A stretch of 64,000 nt of DNA from Oscillatoriaceae cyanobacterium Prado104 (lineage in GTDB: Bacteria; Cyanobacteriota; Cyanobacteriia; Cyanobacteriales; Microcoleaceae), in assembly GCA_025454405.1 (NCBI GenBank), contig JALOON010000042.1, forward strand, positions 25,334 to 89,333. Reading direction: 5' to 3'. The notes under the pieces were generated by a model. That model did not search any database and was not told the DNA's origin. It saw nothing but the letters and a program-made list of their open reading frames with translations. Position numbers and translations under genes: made by a program. Within the stretch, counting starts at the first letter, position 1. The number at the start of each line of letters is the position of its first letter. This document shows positions 28,676-37,662 of this stretch, one piece after another.

Positions 28676-30109
28676 ATGAGCACTTTACTCTTAGAACAGG
28701 GCGTGATATTAATCGTTGACGACAACCCAAACAACTTAGCATTTTTGTTTGACTTTTTGACTGAATTGGGTTTCAAAGTATTGGTGGCGCGCACGGGAGA
28801 AAGTGCTCTGAAAAAAGTAGAATATTCACCGCCTGATTTGATTTTATTGGATGTAATCATGCCGGAAGTTGACGGCTTTGAAACTTGCAGGCGCTTGAAA
28901 GCAAATCCAGCGGCAAAAGAGATTCCGGTAATTTTTATGACGGCGCTCAACAGTACGGAAGATAAGGTGAAAGCATTTAGTGTCGGTGCAGTTGATTACG
29001 TCACTAAGCCGATTCAAAATGAAGAAGTTTTAGCTCGCGTCAAAGCACATTTGAGTATCAGCCGGCTGACTAGAAAACTTCAGGAACAAAACATTCAAAT
29101 GCAGCAGGAAATTACCGATCGAAAACAAGCTCAAGCTAACCTGCGGCAGTTGGCAGAACAGTTAGAAAAACGAGTAGCAGAGCGAACTGCAGAACTTTCC
29201 CAAACGAACGATCGGCTGCAAGCGCAGGTTAAAGAGCGACAGCAAATGCAGGAGAGTTTGTATCAATCTTTGCAGGAACTCCAGCAAACTCAAATCCTGC
29301 TCGTTCAAAATGAAAAAATGTCGGCTTTGGGGCGGATGCTGGTAGGTATCGCTCGCGAAATTAACGATCCGGTCAATTTCCTTTACGGCAATCTCGCTCG
29401 GGTGCGAGATTCCACCCAAAGCATCCTCAATCTACTGGATCTTTACCAGCAAAGTTATCCTCAGCCAGCACCAGCGATCGAGCTGCAACAGATTGCTGAA
29501 GATTTGCGAAAAGTTTTGGAATCGATGCAAGCAGGAGGCGATCGAATTCGAGATCTCGTTCGTTCCCTGCGCTTTTTTTCGCGGCAAGAAGGGGAGGAAA
29601 TGAAGCCGATCGACATTCACGAATGTCTCGACAACACTCTGATGATTTTGCAAGCTCGACTCAAACCCCAACTGCACCGATCGGCGATTGAAGTAATTAA
29701 AAATTACTATCCAAATTTGCCAAGCGTAGAGTGCTACAGCGGAGAAATCAGTCAAGTATTTATGAATATTTTAACTAACGCGATCGATGCGATTGAACAA
29801 TCCAGCAGCTTGACAAATGACGGAACAATTGCAGCAGAGAGCGATCGAATTCGGATCGTTACTGAACTCAGCAACTGCAACAGTATAATTATTAGAATTG
29901 CTGACACTGGGGCGGGGATTGCAGAGGAAGTGCGAGATCTGATATTTGACCCCTTTGTGACTGCCAAACCAGCGGGCAAAGGTACGGGAATCGGGCTATC
30001 AATTAGTTGGTATATTATAGTAGAAAAACACGGCGGTAGCTTGCAGTGCATTTCCACATCAACTGAGGGGACTGAATTTGCGATCGAACTGCCAATTTCG
30101 CAGCAATAA
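28676..30109 (+). CDS. Hybrid receiver / histidine-kinase-like protein with Arg in place of the phospho-acceptor His (IAREINDP)
   Basis: Canonical receiver domain (ILIVDDNPN...LILLDVIMPEVDG...TKP), a coiled coil, and a HisKA-like region in which codon 227 is CGC (Arg) where the paralogue at 6306 has CAC (His, AHEINNP). The HATPase_c region is intact (IADTGAGI...GKGTGIGLSIS). The gene starts 4 nt after the stop of the HstK gene. Confidence 0.8.
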   Translation: MSTLLLEQGVILIVDDNPNNLAFLFDFLTELGFKVLVARTGESALKKVEYSPPDLILLDVIMPEVDGFETCRRLKANPAAKEIPVIFMTALNSTEDKVKAFSVGAVDYVTKPIQNEEVLARVKAHLSISRLTRKLQEQNIQMQQEITDRKQAQANLRQLAEQLEKRVAERTAELSQTNDRLQAQVKERQQMQESLYQSLQELQQTQILLVQNEKMSALGRMLVGIAREINDPVNFLYGNLARVRDSTQSILNLLDLYQQSYPQPAPAIELQQIAEDLRKVLESMQAGGDRIRDLVRSLRFFSRQEGEEMKPIDIHECLDNTLMILQARLKPQLHRSAIEVIKNYYPNLPSVECYSGEISQVFMNILTNAIDAIEQSSSLTNDGTIAAESDRIRIVTELSNCNSIIIRIADTGAGIAEEVRDLIFDPFVTAKPAGKGTGIGLSISWYIIVEKHGGSLQCISTSTEGTEFAIELPISQQ

Positions 30110-30182
30110 AACTCCTATAAATCCGGGTTTTTAATCCCTATTTATCGAGAGAAGAGGGGGAGAGTAGAAGTTCTAAGTTTTA

Positions 30183-30336
30183 AGTTTTGAGTTGTGAATT
30201 AAGAACTGTCTTTAACTCAAAACTCAAAACTCCTTACGAACTATCTTTAACTCAAAACTCAAAACTCAAAACTCAAAACTCCCGCAAACTGTCTTTAACT
30301 CAAAACTCAAAACTCAAAACTCAAAACTCAAAACTC
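30183..30336. repeat. Composite STRR-like repeat block (aactgtctttaactcaaaactcaaaactc units)
   Basis: Tandem units of the family GAGTTTTGAGTTTTGAGTTAAAGACAGTT, here in reverse-complement orientation. The inverted partner block is at 32007-32272. Confidence 0.85.
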
Positions 30337-30756
30337 CTGAGAATCGTCTCGTTCTTGATAATCTTCAGCCGACATCGGGTCTAATTCCCAGCGACTTTCA
30401 TCTCGATTTTCTAGCATATCTGCTGCGTGCAACATCTCCCCTTCATCCATTTCTATCCCAGCAGCAGCCCCGAGTTCGTCAACAATATCTTGGTCTGGAG
30501 TAGGCGTGCTGCCGCCTACATCTTCCTCACCGCTGGCACTTACTTTTTCACCTGCAGAACCGACATTGCCGCCGTTGAGATTGAGAGTGGTTAAGCTGTC
30601 TTCTAAATTGCTGTCATCCAAATCTGCATCTTTTTCACTAAGTTCCGTTTTGTCGATAACTCCGGTGCCGTAGGATTCGGTAATTACTTGAGGCAATTCA
30701 GAGGAATCATTGCTTTCTTCTGTTGCTTTTGATGCTGTTTTTTTGCGCTGTGCCAC
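30328..30756 (-). CDS. Acidic hypothetical protein (Asp/Glu-rich, low complexity)
   Basis: A 142-aa ORF. Its last two codons are supplied by the heptamer repeat. No domain recognised. Confidence 0.4.
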   Translation of the reverse strand: MAQRKKTASKATEESNDSSELPQVITESYGTGVIDKTELSEKDADLDDSNLEDSLTTLNLNGGNVGSAGEKVSASGEEDVGGSTPTPDQDIVDELGAAAGIEMDEGEMLHAADMLENRDESRWELDPMSAEDYQERDDSQEF

Positions 30757-31045
30757 GATATTTTATCCTGTTTTTTCGATAATTGAATTAAACATTCAAC
30801 TTATTTAGCTTTACTTATGTTTATTGTGTAGTTGCTAGCGGGGCGATCGGCTTCTATCTAGAGAAATATTTTAAACTTTATCTGCTCTATCATTAGGAAT
30901 ACAAAAAGCGATCGCCCTTAAAAATAGCGATCGCTTTTTAATTTTAAGAGTGATAAGCAAGCTACTTCAACTTACAATCCACAAGAATTCTCCCTTCTTC
31001 CTTCTTTCTTCTTCCTTCTTCCTTCTTCCTTCTTCCTTCGTCTGA

Positions 31046-31249
31046 CTATTCAGGGAAATCAGGAATTACCCATTTCGGGGGTGCGGTCCGTTTTTTTCTC
31101 AACGCTTCCTCTGCTATTTCTAGCATTTTGTCGAGAGAAGTATTTTCAATAAAGTTTGAGGTTGCTGCTGCGTATTCCCGTTTCGGGCACTTGTCGCCCA
31201 AAATGCAGCCGTTGACGCAAGCTACAGCACAATCGACAGTGTTCTCCAT
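31046..31249 (-). CDS. Small Cys-rich hypothetical protein (CAVACVNGCILGDKCP)
   Basis: A 67-aa ORF with four Cys in 17 residues at the N-terminus, a possible metal-binding knuckle. Confidence 0.45.
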   Translation of the reverse strand: MENTVDCAVACVNGCILGDKCPKREYAAATSNFIENTSLDKMLEIAEEALRKKRTAPPKWVIPDFPE

Positions 31250-31589
31250 TGTAACTTTTTTCCTTTTGCGGTTTTCAAAACAAGCAGGCAGATACTCTAG
31301 GTTAATTTCTCAAGAGACTGCCCTCTAGGTTTATTTTACTAGGAGTAACGCACAGATAGCGCGATCGCCTCCGCAGCTAGCTAATCCTTAGCAAACGCGA
31401 TCCGTTCGCCGTTGGGCGAAGCCCTTCTCGAAGAGTAGGCGTTCGGTGAAGCGGTAGGAAAGCAATCTTAAAGCCTGGTTAAACCGTTACAATACGGTAA
31501 GTCTTGTTTACTTTACAAACTGCCGTCAAAGACCGATCGGCTCAGTTAAATTGTTATAAAATTGAAACAACCTACCGAATTAGCCGGTC

Positions 31590-32006
31590 ATGAACGATAT
31601 TCTGCGGCGCTTAAAACGTTTACCCTGGCGCGAAATGCTGCAAATTTCCGCCCTCTGCAACTTGATAATTATGGGAATTGAACTCTTTTTAGCGTGGGCT
31701 GCTATTCAATTTCCTGCTGTGGGCAACGCTTTGGGGCTACTTTTCCGCTCTCCCTTGCACGTATTTATACCTTGCCTGATAGCGATGGGAATGGGGGCTC
31801 TAGCCGTTTATTTTTTCGAGTTTTGGCAGCAGCAATTTTTGCTAAATCGAGGCAGTTTGTGGACTTTAATTTTTTGTTTGTTATTGGGTCTGTTTTTCAA
31901 GTCGTTGCTGTTACCTGCATTTTTAATAAGTTTATCGGAAACTTCACTTATTGGAGTGGCGATCGGTGTTTTTTGGAAAGGTAGACCTTATTGGCGAAGT
32001 TGGTAA
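31590..32006 (+). CDS. Hypothetical integral membrane protein (4 predicted TM helices)
   Basis: A 138-aa ORF that is hydrophobic throughout and ends at a heptamer repeat block. Confidence 0.45.
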   Translation: MNDILRRLKRLPWREMLQISALCNLIIMGIELFLAWAAIQFPAVGNALGLLFRSPLHVFIPCLIAMGMGALAVYFFEFWQQQFLLNRGSLWTLIFCLLLGLFFKSLLLPAFLISLSETSLIGVAIGVFWKGRPYWRSW

Positions 32007-32272
32007 GGAGTTTTGAGTTTTGAGTTTTGAGTTTTGAGTTAAAGACAGTTCTCAGGAGTTTTGAGTTTTGAGTTTTGAGTTTTGAGTTAAAGACAGCTTG
32101 CGGGAGTTTTGAGTTTTGAGTTAAAGACAGTTTGCGGAGTTTTGAGTTTTGAGTTAAAGACAGTTCCCAGGAGTTTTGAATTTTGAGTTTTGAGTTAAAG
32201 ACAGTTCTTAATTCAAAACTCAAAACTTATCTTAATTCAAAACTCAAAACTCAAAACTCAGAACTTCTCCTC
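32007..32272. repeat. Composite STRR-like repeat block (ggagttttgagttttgagttaaagacagtt units), inverted relative to 30183-30336
   Basis: About six copies of a ~45-nt unit. ORF 31948..32223 is an artefact of this repeat. Confidence 0.85.
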
Positions 32273-32277
32273 CCCTT

Positions 32278-33789
32278 CTATGGCAGCCAAAAATTGGGAA
32301 GTAAATTTTCAGTTAAATTGCGAGCAAACTGATTGATATAACGCCCGATTTGAATGTGCGGTTCGTCAGGTTCAACGGAAATAATTGTTGCTTTGTTGCC
32401 CAGTCCGAAACGCGAAATTATCAAATTTGACGCCTCTAAACCTGTAACGTAAGCTTTTTCCTGCGACCAAGAACCGTGACGGTTTACCACCCAATCGCCG
32501 CTCATAAATACATTCTCGTAACTTGTAACTGCGGGCAGCAAATACTGATAGCTTCCCGGTGCAAAATGCGTCACGGCACGCGGCAGCCGGATCGCGCTGC
32601 TGTCGATTACTTTTGCTTCCCCAAAGGCGGGAATGCAAGTAGCTAAATCCCGCTGCACTAACTGCACTATTTCCTCGTTTTGCAACGGGATTAATTGATT
32701 GGCGTGATAAAAATCTGCTTCGACAACTGTTCCCGGTTCGTTGCGGAATTCGTCGTGCAAAGCGTTCAAGTCGAAAAACGTCCAACCCGTAGTCGAACTA
32801 AATCCAAAACAGGCATTAGAAGGCAGCGGGATGTCAATTTTTTTGTCAAACCACAGGCGAGTTGCCAATACATCAACCGCGCCTAAATTCATCACATCTC
32901 GAAATTCTTTCCGGTTTTGTAAGGCGGGACTGCTGCTAATAATTTTCTGCATTCCCGTGACGCCGACTGCAAAAATTACCGCACCTGCATCGAAGGTTTC
33001 GTCCCCGCAAACTACGCCCGTTGCGCGATTGTTGCCGTCGGTTATTATATTGGTAACTCGGCGATTAGTCAATACTTTGCCGCCGACTTTTTCAATGCGA
33101 TCGACCCAAGGACGAAAGATTTTTTCACCGACTGTACCGCGACACCAAACTACATCAAAATCCGGTTGGTGTGCTAATATGAAATAATACAGCATTCCCA
33201 AGGCGGCAGCAGCGGAACACTGTTCTCCGGGTGCAAATAAACCTACCAATAACATCGGCTCGAAAGCATCGCGGTACAGCCTCGCAGACACGCCAAATTG
33301 TTTGAACAATTCGCGGGCGGTGACGCGATCGTACCTGCGCCAAGCAGCGTCGGAATTGTCGAAATCCAAGAGTGAATAAAGCAAGGGCAAAGCTGACAGT
33401 CGATCGATTAATGGCAGTCTTTGAAATTTGGGATAAAGAAACGTTCCCAAGGGTGTAGGCAATCGCGGTTCTTCTTGAAAAATCGGCGATTCTACTTCCA
33501 ATCCTGCCGGGGAATACTGACTCGATCGAGTCCAAGGCGTGAAAGGATCGAGTTCTAATTCCTTAACTAATGAAAAGATATTTTGATAAGGATACCAAAA
33601 GCCGTGAATCCCTGCTTCTACGGAACGCCCGCCGGCGGTTTTCCACCCCGCGACTAAGCCTCCCGGATAGGGGCCGGCTTCTAATAAAGTGACATCATAG
33701 CCTTGCTGGGCTAGGTGATAGGTAGCGCCTAAGCCAGCCCATCCGGCACCGACGACTACTATTTTTGGAGTTGGCGATTCTGCTGGCAT
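32278..33789 (-). CDS. FAD-dependent oxidoreductase, amine-oxidase / carotenoid-desaturase-like family
   Basis: Rossmann dinucleotide-binding motif IVVVGAGWAGLGATYHLA, then ...LLEAGPYPGGLVAGWK, the pattern of the PDS/ZDS/amine-oxidase superfamily. Length 503 aa. Confidence 0.75.
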   Translation of the reverse strand: MPAESPTPKIVVVGAGWAGLGATYHLAQQGYDVTLLEAGPYPGGLVAGWKTAGGRSVEAGIHGFWYPYQNIFSLVKELELDPFTPWTRSSQYSPAGLEVESPIFQEEPRLPTPLGTFLYPKFQRLPLIDRLSALPLLYSLLDFDNSDAAWRRYDRVTARELFKQFGVSARLYRDAFEPMLLVGLFAPGEQCSAAAALGMLYYFILAHQPDFDVVWCRGTVGEKIFRPWVDRIEKVGGKVLTNRRVTNIITDGNNRATGVVCGDETFDAGAVIFAVGVTGMQKIISSSPALQNRKEFRDVMNLGAVDVLATRLWFDKKIDIPLPSNACFGFSSTTGWTFFDLNALHDEFRNEPGTVVEADFYHANQLIPLQNEEIVQLVQRDLATCIPAFGEAKVIDSSAIRLPRAVTHFAPGSYQYLLPAVTSYENVFMSGDWVVNRHGSWSQEKAYVTGLEASNLIISRFGLGNKATIISVEPDEPHIQIGRYINQFARNLTENLLPNFWLP

Positions 33790-33799
33790 TGCTTAAAAG

Positions 33800-33832
33800 G
33801 AAGAGTTGACAGTTGACAGTTGACAGTTGACA
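33800..33832. repeat. TTGACAG heptamer tandem repeat (STRR2-like)
   Basis: gttgacagttgacagttgacagttgaca. The same family occurs at 3189-3218, 39536-39572, 49055-49130 and 58300-58340. Confidence 0.8.
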
Positions 33833-34107
33833 ATCGAAAATCTTCCGATCGAAAATCTAAAATCGTTTGATAGTGAATCAGGAAGCTTTCGGGCTATGGG
33901 AATCTGGCATTTATTCGCTGGGCTTACTTAGCTCTCGCTCGTTTTTTAATCATCGCACAATTAATTAACTTAAGCCAATATGCGATTAATTGGCTAAAAA
34001 GTTAGACAGTTTTTTTGACGGCGATATCTGTTATATTAAAACATTAAGGTGAGTTTTTCCCAGCATTGAGATTAAAGTAAAATACACAAATCGAACTTGT
34101 TGTCAAT

Positions 34108-36327
34108 ATGCAGTTAATTAATTATTTGACTTCTGTTTTCGGCGTAATTTGGCAGAATAGTGTTTTTCACTGGGTGGCGCTAATTTTGCTGGGCGTTGCT
34201 GTTTGGGGCGAGTATGCTGCAGTGAAGCAGTATCAGGATTATGTTAAAGCAAAAAGCCGATCGACTGCTGAGGCGATCGGTTATTTAAGTTCTAAGTTAG
34301 AAAGCGGTACGATCGGGGCGATGGAACTGCGACAGTGGGAAACTCCAGCAGATACTTGGACGCTGCTTTTAGATTGGTTTAGCGAACATTTGGCAGGAGA
34401 AACAATTGCAGGCGGCGATGCTTACAAAACTCAGGTTAGATCCGGGCGGTTCGTGTTGTTTCAATATCCGGCTATATTAACTCGATCGGCCCCTCGGAGT
34501 CAGTGGCGGTTCGTACCCAGCATTTTAGTAGCGCTGGGGGTTTTAGGTACATTTTACGGCATTCAAACCGGGTTGCAAAATGTTAGTTTGGGCGGGCTGC
34601 AAGATACTAAAGAATTGCTGCCATCGATCGACACTTTACTGGAAGGAATGAAAACAGCTTTTTCAACTTCCTTGATGGGTTTGGGTGCGTCTAGCGTATT
34701 TACAATTGTTTTAGCTTGGGGCGATCGCGCGCGCGTTGCATACCAATCCAACTTGCGCGCCAAATTCGATCGAATCGCCAAATTGCAAACACCAGAACAA
34801 CTGCTTGCGGTTGCCAATTCCAGCAGCGATATAGTCGGCGCGATTGCCCTTGCTACCGAAACAATGCAAGCAGGATTCCTGCAAGTTATCGAGGCTCAAA
34901 GTAATGTTAACTCGCAGGCGATCGGGCAGCAAATCGGTGTAGCAATGACGCCAGTTTTTCAAGAAATCCGCCAGGAATTATCGACACTCCAACAGATTAA
35001 AGCAGACCAAGGAGAAGAGATATTAAACAACTTGCTTTCAGGCCTGTGCGTCCAAGTAATCGAACCCGTAGTTGCGCGGTTGGATAGCAGCGCCCAACTC
35101 ACTCACGAAGCATCCGAAGCTGTCAGAGAATTAAAGAACGAATTGGGCGGAATTTCTGCAAGTTTAGCGCAATCTATCCTGACAATTCAAACATTCCAAC
35201 AAGATACATTAGTACAGTTGCAAGAATTTGCCAACAACTTGCAGCAAATTTTAAAACAGTTTCAAACCGACACCCACGACGTATTGCAAGAAATGGCAAC
35301 CGAAATTCGATCGGGCGTTGGCGAAAGTATTGAAGGCATGAAAGCCCAAAGAACAGCCTTCCAAGAAAGCGCCCAAGAAGCAGCCAATACTTTTAGAGGA
35401 ATTCAGGACAACTTGCAAGCATCACTCCACACTCAAGCAGAACAAGAAAAGGCAATGCTAGAAGGTGTGGAAGCCAGAATGACCAACATTTTAAATGCGA
35501 CTCACTCTGCTTTTCAAACGCAGTCAGATACGATTAAAGCAGTAGGCGATGAAGCTTCGGGATTGATGGATAAAGCGCGAGAAAATTTGGTTGGTAGCTT
35601 GCAGAATGTTGACGGAATGCTGCAAAAAACTCGCGTTACGGTGCAACAAGAACTAGATAAATTCCGGGTGACATATCAAGCGTCACTCCAGCAGTTTTTT
35701 ACCGAACAAAACAACTTGCTGGAAGGAACGTTAGGCAAACAGCAAAAAGGTTTAGCGCAGGTAGTTCTGGGTTTGCAAAAAGTATTTCAAGAAGAATCCG
35801 AGAAGCGCAAATTGATGTCGCAGCAAGTTGACGAAAGCATGGAGAAAATTTTGACAACAGCGGCAGAAGTGAGTCAGTTTGCCAACTCTGTGGGGTTGAA
35901 TTCCAGCCAGCGGTTGGCGCAATTGCAGGAACTAGCTAAATTAACGGGACAGGAAGTATTGCGGGTAGAAAGCGTTTACGAAAAAATGGCGAATCAATTC
36001 AATACAGAGGGGGAAAGATTGCAAACTACTTATACCAACTTGGTGACTCAATTAAATGCAGCTTTGCAAGCGGAACAAGAACAAGTGAGGCGGGTTGAGA
36101 GTGCGTATCAAAACATGACAAATCAGTTCGATCGGGCTTTGGAATTGGGGAATGAGAGATTGATTGGCTATTTGGAAAGAACTACTTCATCGCAGCACAA
36201 GTTTTTTGAAGAAGCCGATAATTCGATGGCGAAAGTGTGCAGCGGGTTGCAAGAAAGTTCCGACGGTTTGATGCAGGTTGCGCATTATTTGGTGGCGGCT
36301 GCAGATAATTTGGGGACGAAGAAATGA
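34108..36327 (+). CDS. MotA/TolQ/ExbB-family proton-channel protein with ~500-aa C-terminal coiled-coil tail (ZorA-like architecture)
   Basis: Three TM helices with the MotA/ExbB signature in the last two (ILVALGVLGTFYGIQTGL ... LLEGMKTAFSTSLMGLGASSVFTIVLAW). These are followed by ~520 residues of Gln/Glu/Leu-rich heptad-type sequence lacking Pro or Gly breaks. Confidence 0.7.
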   Translation: MQLINYLTSVFGVIWQNSVFHWVALILLGVAVWGEYAAVKQYQDYVKAKSRSTAEAIGYLSSKLESGTIGAMELRQWETPADTWTLLLDWFSEHLAGETIAGGDAYKTQVRSGRFVLFQYPAILTRSAPRSQWRFVPSILVALGVLGTFYGIQTGLQNVSLGGLQDTKELLPSIDTLLEGMKTAFSTSLMGLGASSVFTIVLAWGDRARVAYQSNLRAKFDRIAKLQTPEQLLAVANSSSDIVGAIALATETMQAGFLQVIEAQSNVNSQAIGQQIGVAMTPVFQEIRQELSTLQQIKADQGEEILNNLLSGLCVQVIEPVVARLDSSAQLTHEASEAVRELKNELGGISASLAQSILTIQTFQQDTLVQLQEFANNLQQILKQFQTDTHDVLQEMATEIRSGVGESIEGMKAQRTAFQESAQEAANTFRGIQDNLQASLHTQAEQEKAMLEGVEARMTNILNATHSAFQTQSDTIKAVGDEASGLMDKARENLVGSLQNVDGMLQKTRVTVQQELDKFRVTYQASLQQFFTEQNNLLEGTLGKQQKGLAQVVLGLQKVFQEESEKRKLMSQQVDESMEKILTTAAEVSQFANSVGLNSSQRLAQLQELAKLTGQEVLRVESVYEKMANQFNTEGERLQTTYTNLVTQLNAALQAEQEQVRRVESAYQNMTNQFDRALELGNERLIGYLERTTSSQHKFFEEADNSMAKVCSGLQESSDGLMQVAHYLVAAADNLGTKK

Positions 36328-37250
36328 TATATCAGTTGACAGTTATCGCGAAATCAGAAATCAGAAGTAAGTTAGCCTTATTGTTCGGTAATGACTGTAC
36401 ACTTATATCTAAGAAACCTGGTTTTTATCGGACTTTAAGGTGGGATGCAATGTTTAACATAAAAACCCGGTTTCTGCCTCAATTAAAGACAATTCGATCG
36501 CATATAAAAATGAGAGATTTATCAGATTTAGACAATTCACCGGAAATTGAAGAAGAGGAAGACTCCAGCGTCTTGCTGTCGATCGGCGATTTAATGTCGG
36601 GTTTGCTGATGTTATTCGCCCTCCTGTTTATCACAGTCCAAATTCAACTCAGCGAAAAGGTTAAACTGCTGGATCAAAAAATCCTTCAGGTGGAAAAACT
36701 GCGACAGGAATTGCAGCAATATCAAAAAGCCTTTGAAGCGCTGCCCGAGATTATTGTCAATACTTTGGAGGGGAAAATTGGAGGCAAAGATATCTTTACT
36801 GTCGATCCAATAACGGGAGATGTCAGCATTCGCGATCGCATCCTATTTGATAATAATAGTTCCGTCTTGAAACCGGAAGGTAAAAAGTTTTTGCAAGCCT
36901 TCATTCCGCTATACAGCCAAGTAATTTTTGCCAACAAAGAGTTGGAAGATCAAATTGCCCGCGTCGTTGTCGAAGGACATACCAGTTCCGCAGGTTCCGA
37001 ACAAAGAAATTTAGAACTGAGTTTGCGCAGGGCATTAGCTGTTTCTAATTATATGTTTTCTAAGGAGGTGAATTTTCCTCAAAAAGCTAAGTTGCAGCAG
37101 AAAGTATTAGTTTCGGGGCGGGGAGAATTAGATGGCGATCGAACTCGCGATGTAGCGGTCGATCGAAAAGTGGTTTTCCGCTTTCAATTCCGCCGCGAAA
37201 ACTTGAATGCGAACGTAGATTTAAATCGCCCGTTGCCATCAAAAAATTGA
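36324..37250 (+). CDS. MotB-like protein: TM helix with conserved Asp plus C-terminal OmpA-family peptidoglycan-binding domain (ZorB-like)
   Basis: ATGA start/stop overlap with the upstream gene. The TM segment SVLLSIGDLMSGLLMLFALLFI matches the MotB (S/Y)ADLMT plug/TM motif and includes the Asp. The OmpA_C core is ILFDNNSSVLKPEGKKFL...VVVEGHTSSAGSEQRNLELSLRRALAVSNYM. An internal ATG at 36450 or 36510 may be the true start. Confidence 0.7.
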   Translation: MIYQLTVIAKSEIRSKLALLFGNDCTLISKKPGFYRTLRWDAMFNIKTRFLPQLKTIRSHIKMRDLSDLDNSPEIEEEEDSSVLLSIGDLMSGLLMLFALLFITVQIQLSEKVKLLDQKILQVEKLRQELQQYQKAFEALPEIIVNTLEGKIGGKDIFTVDPITGDVSIRDRILFDNNSSVLKPEGKKFLQAFIPLYSQVIFANKELEDQIARVVVEGHTSSAGSEQRNLELSLRRALAVSNYMFSKEVNFPQKAKLQQKVLVSGRGELDGDRTRDVAVDRKVVFRFQFRRENLNANVDLNRPLPSKN

Positions 37251-37339
37251 GTTTGTACGGAGTTTGGTATAAAATGTCGGGAATTGTTTGCTAAAGTATA
37301 GCTGTCAACTTAAGCTCAAACTCGATCGCAGACTGTTGT

Positions 37340-37600
37340 TTAACAGCGAGAGATCGATCCCCCCTAACCCCCCTTAAGAAGGGGGGGACCGGAAGTATTT
37401 AAAGTCTCCCTTTTTTAGAGTAGACTCGAAGTATTCAAAGTCCCGTTTTTTCAAGGGAAACTCGAAGTATTCAAAGTCCTCGTTTTTCAAGGGAAACTTG
37501 AAGTATTCAAAGTCCCCCCTTTTTAATGGTGGACTCGAAGTATTCAAAGTCCCCCTTTTTAAGGGGGATTTAGGGGGGTCGAGACTCGGGCAAAAATGAG
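37340..37600. repeat. C5/G5 palindromic repeat plus a ~40-bp tandem array (5 copies of actcgaagtattcaaagtccc..tttttcaagggaa)
   Basis: Direct reading of the sequence. The repeat lies between the MotB-like gene and potB. Confidence 0.8.
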
Positions 37601-37662
37601 ATTTCTTGTGGGTTTTAGTTTTAAGTTGACACCAATAGCGCTAAAGTTGTCCCTACTAAATA

